Below, one piece after another: positions 1-12,800 of a stretch of DNA of 64,000 nt (within the stretch, counting starts at the first letter, position 1; each line of letters opens with the position of its first letter). The notes beneath the pieces are model-generated. The model was not told the DNA's origin and ran no database searches. It saw nothing but the letters and a program-made list of their open reading frames with translations. The DNA is from Lytechinus pictus. Lineage: Eukaryota. Where the stretch lies: the NCBI RefSeq assembly GCF_037042905.1, contig NC_087245.1, positions 32,490,001 through 32,554,000 of the forward strand. Direction: 5' to 3'. The position numbers were made by a program, and so were the translations under genes.

Positions 1-2243
1 TTTAATTTATTCTTTCCCACATGTTCTTGTCTTCCTCCCCCCTTCCTTTCGTAGTTTCTTCTCTTTATATTTTTTATTTCCTTTTTCCTTTCCCTTTTCT
101 TGTTTCCACTTTTTCTTCCATTTCTTTATCTTTCTTTCTCCCTATTCATTTTTCTCATTTTTTTTAAATCCTGATAAGCTCCGACCGGGGTATGACTGCC
201 CTCTGCCTGTTACGCCACTGCCTCCGCAGTAGTTTTGTCCCTAGGGAGATTTTAGAACCGAAGATACTAACTTCATGGAAATAATAGATTCAATCGGTAT
301 ACCCTCCTTGTTTTCCCCAGTTAAAGTTTCTGTGAAAATAGAAAACGAGAAGTTCCATTGGTATCCCTCAACATCCACTAGCGTGGTGCTAGAAAGCTTT
401 AAAAATACTAAAAATTCCTTAACAGAATATTAACCTTACCTCAGATAAGGATTGTATAGGCCTAGCTCCCCCCCCCCTACACAAAAAACCCACCAGAAAT
501 CGAGTTACGATTATGAATACATGCATCTTGAGAATTACCAACAAACTGTTTAAAAAAAGGGTAAAATTACAAAACGTCCTTTGGTATTTCAATGTCAATT
601 TACTCAATTACATAATAGGTTTTGAAATTGAAGTGCAAATAAATATCAAAATAATTGGTTCGATGTATTGTCAAACTATAAAGCACAGCAATTAGCAAAC
701 TCATTTTCTCTTACAGGGTGCGACATAATATATATACTTATAATGACCGACATGCATTGTTGTAATTGTGACGTCATGCCCGACATGTATAGTCATACAT
801 TTCAAACGCGGGCTTTCAGAAGCAAGTACGATAGCAATAGCATTTATCCCGCTGAAACAGTGAAGTGTTGAACATTCATCAGTAATTTGAATTAACTAAC
901 ATGACTTGTGAATGTCATTATCATATGAATATCTTTCTCTTCATATCAATTTTGTCTACTTTGATTTTTCTATGACGGTCACCGTCCATTATGGGCACTG
1001 TGTTGAAAAAAAAAGAATAGTCCGTGTTTAGAAATTATGGAGTTTTAGTACCGCGGTGTTGAACGGATTCAAGAACATAGAAAATGTTTTGTCTACTTTC
1101 ATTCATGATAAAGAGCAACGAAGAAGTCTTTGTCGAGCATTGGTCAATCAAAACAGCAGTTTCGTCCTGGACTCTGGGCAACCGGCATATTTGCAGTATT
1201 CGTCAGTTTCGAAACTTAGGAAGAACATGCTGTTCCGCATCACCAATTTTGACAATGACCTCCCAGCTGTCTTTGTCATTTGACCGGCATTTTCAATGCA
1301 TTTACTGCGTTCTTGAATCCGTTCGGCGTCGTAGAGCGAAAACTCCTTATGTTTATTGTACTAACTTTATGCAGAAGATCGATAGGCCTACACCACTTAA
1401 ATCCTGGAAAATCGATGTGCAGTTCTGGTTAACATTGTTTAACTGAGTTGCATGTGTTTTCATTTAGGACAACGCATGCATTTCAAGAAAGAGGCATTGA
1501 TTGGTTTTAATTTCAATACTGTACAATTCATAATCACATTTTCCCGAGTTTCCTCCTAATAGTCGAAATATAAATGACGCATACTGTGTAGAGATCGTAT
1601 ATCTCTGAAATCAAAGGAACAAGTTCATTTGCATAAAAAAAGAGAAAAGATCAATGAAATTTTGAGAACAAATCTGGACAAACAATAAAAAAGTTATGAG
1701 CATTTGAATTTCAAATCACTAAAGCTATGGAGATAAATTGGCGATATGACAAAGATTTATGAGTCACATAATTAAAACTCTCCCCGTTATACCATTAAAC
1801 ATATATTTTCCGCATTATAATGATTGCACAAACCCTTTGTTCGTGATATATTTTATGAAGCCTCTTGTACGTGTCCTCCGATGAAAGAAAACACAGGTCT
1901 GATAAATAGATAGACTTGATAAAAGTGATAATTTGAGTTGAATCATGTAGGGAAGTACTTGGGGAGTTGTACAAATGTGACAATTTGTACATACTCCCCA
2001 AATACATTTTTGTGTTATTGCCAAATCATTTCTGTTTAAAGTTCTATGTCCAAATCATTATGATGTCAACTTTCAAAAGGCTTATGACTTTCATATTTTA
2101 TTTCAACTTTTCTAACTTTCATATTTCGTTTCTTTTCTTTTTTTCTTTTTCAGCTAACTTTCCCCCAAAAGGTTTCTGAGGTTATTATGTGTACAATTTG
2201 CTGATCAAAGTTTATATCAACTTTATGTTGATCGAAGGTTAAT

Positions 2244-2620
2244 TCAATTCAATTTATTTACATTCTCATTAAAACATGAAAAAGATACATAAGATACATA
2301 AGTAAAACATAAGTCACAACATACAGAAAACATATTTATGAGAATGAGGGGCCAACAAAAATGAGCAGATAGCCTTATCGAGCGTTGACCCAATATCTAT
2401 AAAACAAAAACGATAAATTTATTACAAAAACAGATAATATAAATAAAAACAGATATTAAACACATTCAAAATAGCGTAGTCATACAACAAATTAATAATA
2501 CAAACTTAAAAGATGTAATTTGTAATAACCCAATAACGTTTTAAAGAATTGAGGGTTCGGCATGTTTAAATAGAATACGGTAAATTATTCCAAAGAATAG
2601 GTCCTTGAAAATAAATTGAG
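2244..2620 (-). mobile_element. LINE 3' end fragment (L2/CR1-group)
   Basis: Minus strand encodes FQGPILWNNLP, a typical ORF2 C-terminal motif, followed by an AT-rich 3' UTR ending in a short AATAAA/TTGAA-type tail. Confidence 0.55.
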
Positions 2621-3723
2621 TTATGAGTGTATTCTTCAGGTAATAAGAAGCACAATTAGGTAATGGTTACTCAATAAGAAGGCTTGCGTATACAAACTCG
2701 GTCATTATTCTCTTCGCAGGTCCATGCCATGGTTGAAAATGACCAGAGAAGAAAGAGTGATTTTCAACGATAAAAAAAATCACTGTCTGGCTGCTATGGC
2801 ATATTATAAGCGAATAGTGAAAAACTACAAAATACAGTCTTCCTCAATCTACTAGTAAAAATGTATCTTATGAAACCTATAAGTATACAATCTTATCACT
2901 CATCAAACAATTATTTGGTATAGGAGCCTATACGCACCTTGATATCAGGAGCCCCTCATCAACTGCATGCATGAAGCAACTGGACTGCTACCGTGGAGTT
3001 ACCCCACACCCCTCTCGGCCAGAGCAGCCCTCGCCCTCGGCGGCCGTGGGTGGCTGGTCAAAGACACCATAAACTATTGTCTCCAAGTCTCCATCCTTCC
3101 GAACCTTGCTCCCGTTTTCTTTCTTTTAATACTATAAGTCCCAAGCTTTTCTGCCTCCGCATTTTCCCTTCCATAATTATGTTAATCCTTAGTAGAATTC
3201 AGTTCGACAAAACCAGTTCCATTATAGTACGATTTAAGGCTGCCACGGAGCGGAATTATATTTACAAACGGAAGGTCAAGTGCAGGCTTCACGGGATCGG
3301 ATCATCACCAATCAAATTTTCGCGCGGGTCCGGCGGTCCGGTCGTCGACTTCTGGCCGTATCAGTGGACGTCTGGACCGCGACCGAAATTAGAACTACCC
3401 TGTCGCAGAGGGAGCTGCTCAATAATTATCAAACAAACTTTCGTTTTTTTTTAATGAAATATTGTTATGACCATGCGTGACGGTCATAACAATATTTCGT
3501 TATAAAAATCGAAAATGATGAATTTTAACAAATTGAATACTTCTGACAAATACGCACATTAAAATGCTGTAGGAAGTAAAAATCATTTTGAAAATAAATG
3601 AATTGAAATTGAATTATTAAACTAGATCCTCTCCTTAAGACTGCCACTTAATTATAGGCCTATCATTAAATCATTTCATCCATTTAATACACTTGCACAT
3701 ACGATATTCCCTGTTAGTCTATA

Positions 3724-3962
3724 CACTGTAAAAACTGTGGTGTTAAAACTGACACCAGTGGGTGTTAATAGAGGACCACACCCTCTGGTGTTAAAATTAC
3801 ACCCTAGAGATTGAATATAACACCAAAGAGTGTATATGTAACAACCAAAGGTGTTGCAATAACACCTATAGGTGCTAAACTAACACTGTCAATTTAACAC
3901 CGGTGTAAAATAACTGGTGTGGTCCTCTTTGTACACCGGTTAACACCGCAGTTTTTGCTGTG
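3724..3962. mobile_element. Non-autonomous DNA transposon (CACTA/EnSpm-like MITE)
   Basis: TIRs CACTGTAAAAACTGTGGTGTTAA ... TTAACACCGCAGTTTTTGCTGTG, flanked by TA on both sides; internal ACACC/GGTGT repeats. Confidence 0.75.
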
Positions 3963-6740
3963 TAGGCCTACCAAATAGAAAACAAATATTTTAAAAGTCT
4001 GTATATATGTATGCCGGATTTTTAATGCTAAAATTCCCCATGGCATTTGTTTTACGGGCCCCGCAAAATTTTAGAGTTTTTAGTAGTTATTTTATCTAAT
4101 TTCCCCGAGACTGTTAAACTTCACCCCATCAAAGAAAGAAGAATAGACTTCTATATTTTATACTAATTACTTTTGAATAAAAGTATTTGTTTTTGAATGC
4201 CTTCAAATTCCTTCAAATACAGTGACCATCAATAGGCATATTAAAGTAATGAAGCAAAAGGTCCCGCAAAAGGTAATCGCGATTGTCTCATTTCACCTCG
4301 ATTTCCCTAACAATCATTGAAAATACAAAACCAATGGGTATCCTGCCTCGCATCTAGCTTTATATAGATCGCCCCTCCATATATACCGAATGCAAACCCG
4401 TCAAAATATGGATTCGGGCTAATATAGGCATGATAGGGGAAGAAAGCTCTCAAGCTAATGGTGACGAGTAGATGATGGCTGTGCTGACTATCGCTGGGCT
4501 CACTGGTATTCCATTTTCATCTGGACACAGGATGTTTTTATACAAAATATATTTTGGACAACCATTAATTTTGATTTTTTTTAATAATGTCTAGTTACGA
4601 GACACGAATGATAGTATAGGCTACAAGGGCCTCGGAACGATTTTGAAGGTGAGAGCGAGGGGGGGGGGCTGAGTGGAAAATGGGGGTGGGGCTGTCCACG
4701 AAAAAAATCGCAACCAAAATTAATGGTCATTTTTACGTTTTTGTACACAGTTTTTTGAGAAAAAAAAGTGGGGGGGGGGGGGGGGCTGAAGCCCCTGGTT
4801 CCGCGCCTAATGGGTCAATACACTTTCAACACTACAGAAATGACAGACTGAAAGTGATGATTTTAATTCTTGCTCACTGCCATTGCCTGTAATATAGGGT
4901 GCCTTAATACGATTTTAATATGGTAATTGTTTCAAAAAGCAAACGGATTCAGAAAGCAAGATGTAATGATAATTTTTCGCGCTCGCTTTGTTTAGTTTAG
5001 CTTTCATTACATAAAGTGCGTAGAATGACAATTTTTAGGCCAAAATGTCAAAATATTTCAGCTCGCGCTTCGCGCTCGCATTATTTGATTGTTAAAACAT
5101 GTATCATCTTCATGGGTGACTGCAAACAATCCCTTAACAGATCCCTTTTCGATCAAGCCAGAACGTTTATTAAAAGTTTCTTCTCGCGCTTGGCGTTTGT
5201 AGTAATTATTTAGTTACATACGCATTTTGTTCAGGATCAAAAACATTGCCCAGAATGTTAAATTTTCAGGACAAAATACATGAAAGCTAAACAAAATTAG
5301 CTCGCGCTTCGCGCTCGCACTTTTATATAGGGCTTATGAAATTATTTCAAATTTATGTTGTTTTATAAGCCTAAAGCTAAGAAGTAAGTATGAGGACTAC
5401 CCCTTAAAACAAATAAGATGAACTTTGAGCAGCCGATCAGGGAGAATATGGGTGAAAATAATTTCGGGCCCCATTTCTTATTGGCGAAAGCTGGATCTAG
5501 CCCTGTGACAAATACACTCATAATTATACACACAGAGAAAAAAAAATTGTTGCCCCCCATTAAAAAGCAAGGACCCCCAGTGCCCCCCCCCCCCCCCCCA
5601 GGAAAAAAAATCCTAGCTACGCAACTGGTCGAAGGTGGTGAACATCTAGTTAGTTCGGGCAATTAAACAATAATTATTGACGAAACCAGGAGGCAAATTC
5701 ACAAGGCCCTGGGAACAATTTTGGGGTGGGGTTGCTGATGTACATTTTGACAAGCAAGCGAGAATAAAAAAAAAAACAATTCCCCAAAAGGGGGGGGGGG
5801 GTTCACAAACATGTTTCTTCGGTCTCGAAAATATTGACAAGCACCCCAAAGTAGAATAAAAATGGGTTTCACTACAAAATATAGGTCAGTTTGATAACAT
5901 GTTTCCATTTTTTAACACCTACAATAATTTATGGGAGTGCTGCCTATAATCAGCTAGACGCAGCACCCCCAAGGAAAATCTTCAGCACCCCCGCATCCCA
6001 TGCAGGGCCATGAAAATCACAAGGTAATAGTTGGGTCACGGTATTAACTGACATTGATTGCTTGTCATATCGAAAAGTTTAATTTTCTCTTCTTTTTATT
6101 CCGGATGGGGGCGGGGGTCCTCTCGCTCGCTTTGCACCTCTCACACGGCAGCATTTACTTCTTTTTTAAAATTAATTTCTTGAATGTGTGTACACCCGGG
6201 CGTTTGAAAGCCTCAGTTATGCATACATTTACGTAGGAATTGTGACTTTATTCGTACGACTGCATGGTGACCTTATCTTTGCCTTGAAGATGAGGGATAT
6301 GATATGCAAGGCAGACCAAGCTTGCATGAAAAAGAAAAATACCCTGAGCTAGAACTCAACTGCTGGAATACAAATTAGACGCTTTGTCGATCTTTGATCA
6401 ATTTTTTGTGAGAACTAAAAGGGGGTCAGATCTCATACACTTTGTTGATTTTGCTAAAAAAAAATAATATACTCCTTTTCCTATTTTTGACAATGTTTCT
6501 CTTTCTTTTCTCAGGTACTCCTGTTTGCATGCTAGCAATTTTTTTTAATTTTTTTTTTTGGGGGGCACGTGACCCCATATCCCAGTGTAGTTATTCACCT
6601 GGATCATGACTATCACTGACCTGTCAAGCATATACAAGGAGGATATTAATTCTTAAAAAATGTGACAAAACAAAATTTTAAAGGATTGCACTTATATTTT
6701 TTTTGCACTGAACGTGCAAGTAAAACAAAAACAAAATCGT

Positions 6741-6880
6741 GATCGATAGCGCTGCTGCATAGTATCGATATCTAGCTGAGGCGGAAATACTATCTCTCGA
6801 ACCCGAGAAACGAGAGTTCTTATTTATTCTATTTGCGAAGCATCTGAGTCTCTCCCAGTTATCTAAAGTATATAGAAATC
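6741..6880 (+). promoter_or_regulatory. Putative PDCL3 core promoter / 5' UTR
   Basis: CpG-containing patch directly upstream of ATGCAG|GTAATG, with TATCGATA (6763-6770) and GGCGGAAA (ETS/E2F-like) motifs. TSS not determinable. Confidence 0.4.
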
Positions 6881-9800
6881 ATGCAGGTAATGAAACGAAG
6901 TTTTGAGTGAGTGAATGATATTTATGATTATATATTTGTGTTGATTTTTAAGGGAATGTTGGGAAATTGAATAGAGGAAGCCTGAATACAATACACAAAA
7001 ATGCACATTCGGGACTGAGCTGTGAGTACGTTTAAACATTGCACTCGTGATAAATCAATGGAAATGAGAAGTGGGCGGAGCTCCAGCAGAGCTTATCAAT
7101 AGTCATTGCCGTGCGTGGATTTCCTTATTTGGTTATTAAAACATCTTCTTGTGTCTGGCAAAGGCTAAAACGTTTAAGATCTACATGTGTAATCATGATT
7201 GTTTTGTTGTTTTTGTTAATTTTCACTGAATTGGTTGTTCATTTGTACTAACTTTAGCCTTTTTAATGATAGGGAAGTTAGGGTGTCTGGAGAAAAGAAA
7301 TATTTTTCTTATTTCAAGAAAATATCACATTTTTTTGTGAATTTGAAGAGAATTAACCATCAGACTGACAGAAATATAACATTTTTTGTTTAAATCCAAT
7401 TATTTGCTGCAAAAAAGAAGAATGAAATTAGGTCAATTTTCAGCATTTCCTTGCCATAGACTGTGTAGTTAATAAATGGACACACACAAATCCAAATTTT
7501 TAGCTTCCGAGAGCTGTTATAAAAACTTATAAATTCATTATTAATGCCAAAAACTTGTCCATAAAGTGCCTAATATGAATTTTTATGCTCTTTCTGATGG
7601 TATGATTTTTATAAAGATTTGAAAACCAGATCACTATGAAAAATTGCGACAAAGTGAACAAATTTGTGCAAAACAAAAATTTCATTTTCCCATAGAAAAC
7701 GCATGGGGAAATGGCAATCTCAACACACACACAAATAAGGGTTTGCAATTTATCTCTAAATCCTCATTTCAAATAATCCTATAAACTTGTCCTTACTGTT
7801 AAAAGAAGCCCCTGAATTTTCTCTTTCCATACATGCCAAATACAAGTTAAAGGACAAGTCCACCCTAACAAAAAGTTGATTTGAAAAAAGGAGAAAAATC
7901 CAACTAGCAAAACACTGAAAATTTCATCAAAATCGGATGTAAAATAAGAAAGTTATGACATTTTAAAGTTTCGCTTAATTTCACAAAACAGTTATATGCA
8001 CATCCTATTCAGTATGCAAATTGGCAGACTGATGACGTCACCCACTCACTATTTATTTTCTATTTCATTATATGAAACATAAAATATTCTAATTTTCTCC
8101 TCCTTGTCAAGTGAAACAAAGTTTTATTTCTCCCTGAACATGTGGAATTACCATTATCTTAACAGTTCCTTATTGTCAAATTTGTAAAAATTGAAATATT
8201 TTATTATTCAAACAATAAAAAACAAAAGAAATAGTGAGTGATGGACATCATCGACTCTCTCATTTGCATATCGCTGAGTTGTACATTTAACTGTTTTGTG
8301 AAAAATAAGCGAAACTTAAAAATGTCATAACTTTCTTATTTTACATCCGATTTCGATGAAATTTGCAGCGTTATGTTTGTTTGATTTTTCTCTATCGATT
8401 CAAATCAACAATTTTCTGGGGTGGACTTGACCTTTAATAATTAATTCAGATCACATTTTTATAGCAGCCTGAATTTCCAGAAAAAATTTGCCATATTTTC
8501 CCCTAAATCAGCCTGTTTTAAGCTGACACTTTTCAGTGTGGCTTCAGACACCCTAATGATAGGCAAGAGTACCGTACTTGGGTCAAACCAAAAACTTTTG
8601 TAATTAGACCTACCACTACAGACACTGATTGAGTCAGCTAAGGTTAGTAGGCCTAGAACTTTGTAGAAGGAAACTTTATATTTTCTGAACATACACTATA
8701 CATGTAGGTATACATGCACTAAATGATAATTGTTGAAGTATTAGTAATACTCTCAAACTTGTCAAAGAATTTTCTTACCATGACACAGGTACATGTAAAT
8801 TAGATGGCCTTATTACAAAACAACATCTAAACTCAATCACAATTATTGGAAATACTCCTGTAAAATTGCAAAAAAACTGACCACAATGCACAACCATATC
8901 GTCCATCTGCCACGTCGACATCTGGTTTCAAGAATTAAAAGACTTTGTAATATATAACACTTACTTTGCTTGGAAGACGATTGACAGATGAATAGAATTT
9001 GTAATAGTATGAAGGTGGGCACCATGTCTGCGCACCTAATTATGTAATTTTTAATTTAACATGAATTTGTTTTAATTCCACAATACTTTTTCCATTGATA
9101 AAGTTCCTTATATGCTTATGAGGAAGTGTGCCAAAAATCTCATAAAAATTGGAAATAGATAATGGCCAGTCATTTTCAGATTAAAAAAGAAATGGTGCCC
9201 CATGTCTGCACACCCATTCACTTTACACACGATTCAGGGATTTTGATGAAGAAGGCAGCGTGTTGAGGCCGTCAGATGAAATGCCTAAAATTAAGTATTT
9301 TCCACCATTTTGAGTCAGATTTTTTAATGAATATCTGTCTATGTATTGCAGGTGTAAAGTTTTTTATCGTTGTGTATCTTCTTTTACTAGTATTAGAATC
9401 GTGCAGATAGGCATGCATGCAGACATGGGTGACTGCACAGACTTGGAGAACCTTACCAGAACACCATTGTGATTGGCACTTGTATTCACAAGAAGAAGAT
9501 CAATTCGGAGCAAGACGAATTGTTACCTGTAGACTTATTCTTGAAATTAAAATATAACCACAGAAACAGTATTTCAAAAAGCTGGTTTCAAGCAGATCGT
9601 ATTGTGAGAAATTACTTTGAATATGCGCTTCAATTTTTCCATTTAAGACTTTCATTTTGTAGCTTTTTCATTGGGTGAGGCACCTCACTGAAGGTCCCAA
9701 AAGTAAAATGGTTAAGCATATTTGGCTAGCCACCATCGGTCAAGTGCATATATCGGGCAATCTTCCATCTGTGTAGGCGAAGAACATGAAAAAAGATAGA

Positions 9801-12800
9801 TACACTACCTGCTACACACAAAGAAAAAACATGTGAAGGATGGAGTTATGGTAAATGCATAGCAAACTGCCATGAGGGCGCGTCGGGGTCTAGTGGTTCT
9901 GACTCTTGCCTTTCAAACAGAGGGTCGTGGGTTCGAATCCTAGCCAGGGCGTGTTTTCCTTCAGCAAGAAATTTATCCACACTGCTGCCTGCACTCCACC
10001 CAGGTGAGGTAAATGGGTACCGGCAGGAAGTAATTCCTCAAAAAGCTGTGCGCACTGGAATCGGTAGACTAGCTTAGCCGGGGTAATATAGGAGCACCTT
10101 GAGCACCTAGCAAGGTGGATACGCTATACAAATCCTATATTATTTATTTTATCGTGAAAATACTACCCTGCTTAACATTAGGCAGCATGTGGATGTACTA
10201 TGTTTATATTCACCAGTAATTTCATAAGTCATGTCCACTAGTTCAAATTTATGTCCACTAGTTCAAATTTTATGGTAATTTTTCTATGTATGAGTCAGTG
10301 GAGGAAACAGATTGAATTGAATTTTCCAAAACATTTATCATCGATCTTCATGCTCAGTCCCCAAATATGCAACATGAAATAAAACCAAGAGATAAATATA
10401 TTTCAGTTATTTATATTTGATGCTCTCTATTAAGGATCCAAATGAGGATACACAATGGAACGACGTCTTGCGAGCCAAAGGTATTATTCCCGAGAAAGAA
10501 GCAACGGTGACGGAGGATCAGATAGAGGACTTGTTAGACCAAGCTATCAAGCACAAGACTGGAGTAGGTGCTGAAGGTGAATTATAATAATATTAATAAT
10601 TTAAAAAATGATAATAAAGTAATGATAATGATAATAAAAATGAAATCACCATCACATGTATGATGTTTAATTCCTTATTACAATCATCTACAAAATTAAT
10701 TTAAAGATCAATTTCAAGATTGGTGCAAATCCTCCCTGAATTGATTGGTTCAATGATGCTGAAAATGTTCATGTACAGGTTTCAGAATTTGCACTGAGGT
10801 TTGAATGTAATGTAGGAAGTATTATTAGCAATTTTGTCCTTTTATTGGTATGTTTATTTTTACCAGAGAAAGCATTAGAGGACATGACATTAGATGAACT
10901 GGATGAATTAGAAGATGAGGAGGAAGAGAGGATACTTCAACAATACAGGTAAGGAACAGTTTAATCAAAATATTAAATAATGATAATAATAATACATGAC
11001 ATTTGTATAGCGCAGTTTCCATCTTGATTAGATGCTCAAGGTGCTCCAGAGTAGAACAACAAAAACTATTTATATGTACATATAATACATGTCTGAACAA
11101 TAAGTCAATGTCTATCAAAAACACTCTTAAACAGGTATGTTTTCAGGTTGCCCTAGAAGGTGGTCACTGAAGTCTGGGCTTTCAAACTCTGTGGAAGAGA
11201 ATTCCACAGAGAATTCCAATATTAATGAGATTTATAATGTGCTAAATCCACTCTGCAGAGTGACCAAGGTGCAGAAACTGAAATATAAAGTTAGGTTGGC
11301 AAGCATTGAACATTATAGGAGAATGAAACCCTTGGAGGAAGTAAGCTTGTGTGAGAGCAGAAAAATCAAAGAATGAGTTCACATCGAAATGCTGTACAAT
11401 CAGTAAGACAGCTACAAGCATTTGAATGTCTAGAACACAATGGAAGTTCTCCTACTGGCAATGCAAACAAGATATTTCCTATCCCTTTTTGTGTGTATTT
11501 CAGGCAACAGAGATTAGCAGAGATAAAGAGGATACAAGACAAAGCAATTTACGGCACAGTCAAGGACATTTCTGCTCCGGATTATGTACAAGAGGTTAAC
11601 AAAGCTGGTGAAGGTGTATGGGTAGTGTTACATCTTTACAAAGTAGGGTGAGTGGTATACGTATGTCCTGTATTTACTTCTTACAAAAATATGAGTTTGA
11701 GACAAAAAAATTGAAGAAGTTATTGATGAATGTTCGTTGCAAATCCAAAGAATAATAGGAGTAATGTGATGTATGTTTTTAATATTCATTGACCTCACAT
11801 GCAAACAGATGTCTCTTGGTATAATCGATTTTCATAAAATACCACCTTCTCTGAAAATTTAGAATTATTTTATCAGTGCATTCATTTAGGTTACGACAAT
11901 TAAATCCATCCACGCTTTTAGAATAATGCCTGTTCATCGATCACTGGTTAAAAAAAATCCATCTCCTTAAGTCACGAGTCTCACCAAATTACATCTATAT
12001 ATTAAACATATATTAAAAACTGGGCAGTGGTGTCAGAAAAAACATTCTTTATAATTTTTTTCTGGAATGTGCTTAGAAACAGTTTATGATACTAGTATCG
12101 GCATTTAGAATATGATTAAATCTATGAAGTAAGCAACTTCATGATGGTACATGATACAGTACATAATTCATAATCTCTATACCGTACACAAATGAAAAAA
12201 AAATGTATGTACCGGTAATATATTACAATTAATTATTATCCTAGATCATTTTATAATACCTTAGATCAAGTTCTTGTGAAATCACATTAAAGCACATTAT
12301 ATTACATGGTATCTTAAAAAAATGCACACTACATGTACATTTTGCTACTACATTGCAGAAATATAAGATTTCTTGAAAGTTGCTATTGAAATTGATGAAT
12401 ATTGTTTTGTAAAAAAACAATATCAAGTGCTTCCCTTTCAGACCTTTCAACCAATGTAAATTCTGATGAAAGAGTACAAATTTGCAATTATTAACCACTA
12501 TAAATAAAAAAAAAATTCTACTGCTATCTACAGCACCCGCACCTGCACCTGCATTGCAGCATTTTGTTCAGTAATTACCAATCTTAGTCACGAACCCTTT
12601 TTATGAGGCCGCCATCAATTACAAGCTTAACCGCTCACGGTGGCGGTCTCCTGCGTTCATTTGTTAATGTTGCTTTTTGTTATTATTAGAATGTGAAGTA
12701 TATGCCCACATCATTTTTTTTTTCTAATTATGTATTATGCTTATATTGTATACATTATGGATTATTTCGTATATTGCAAAGAATGTAAATATTTTTGATA

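Noticed and set aside
1056..1446. ORFs of 75 and 120 aa, and minus-strand frames
   Set aside because: No recognisable motifs, stops in the alternative frames, no convincing splice partners.
2993..3454. 153-aa ORF
   Set aside because: GTG start, no recognisable domain; better explained by locally high GC.
7851..8433. piggyBac assignment for the TTAA-flanked elements
   Set aside because: Termini are AG...CT rather than the CC...GG of piggyBac, which fits Kolobok better.
9874..9955. Functional tRNA gene
   Set aside because: A/B boxes are present but the stems do not pair well and the sequence continues into a SINE body and tail; the same holds for 57285-57345.
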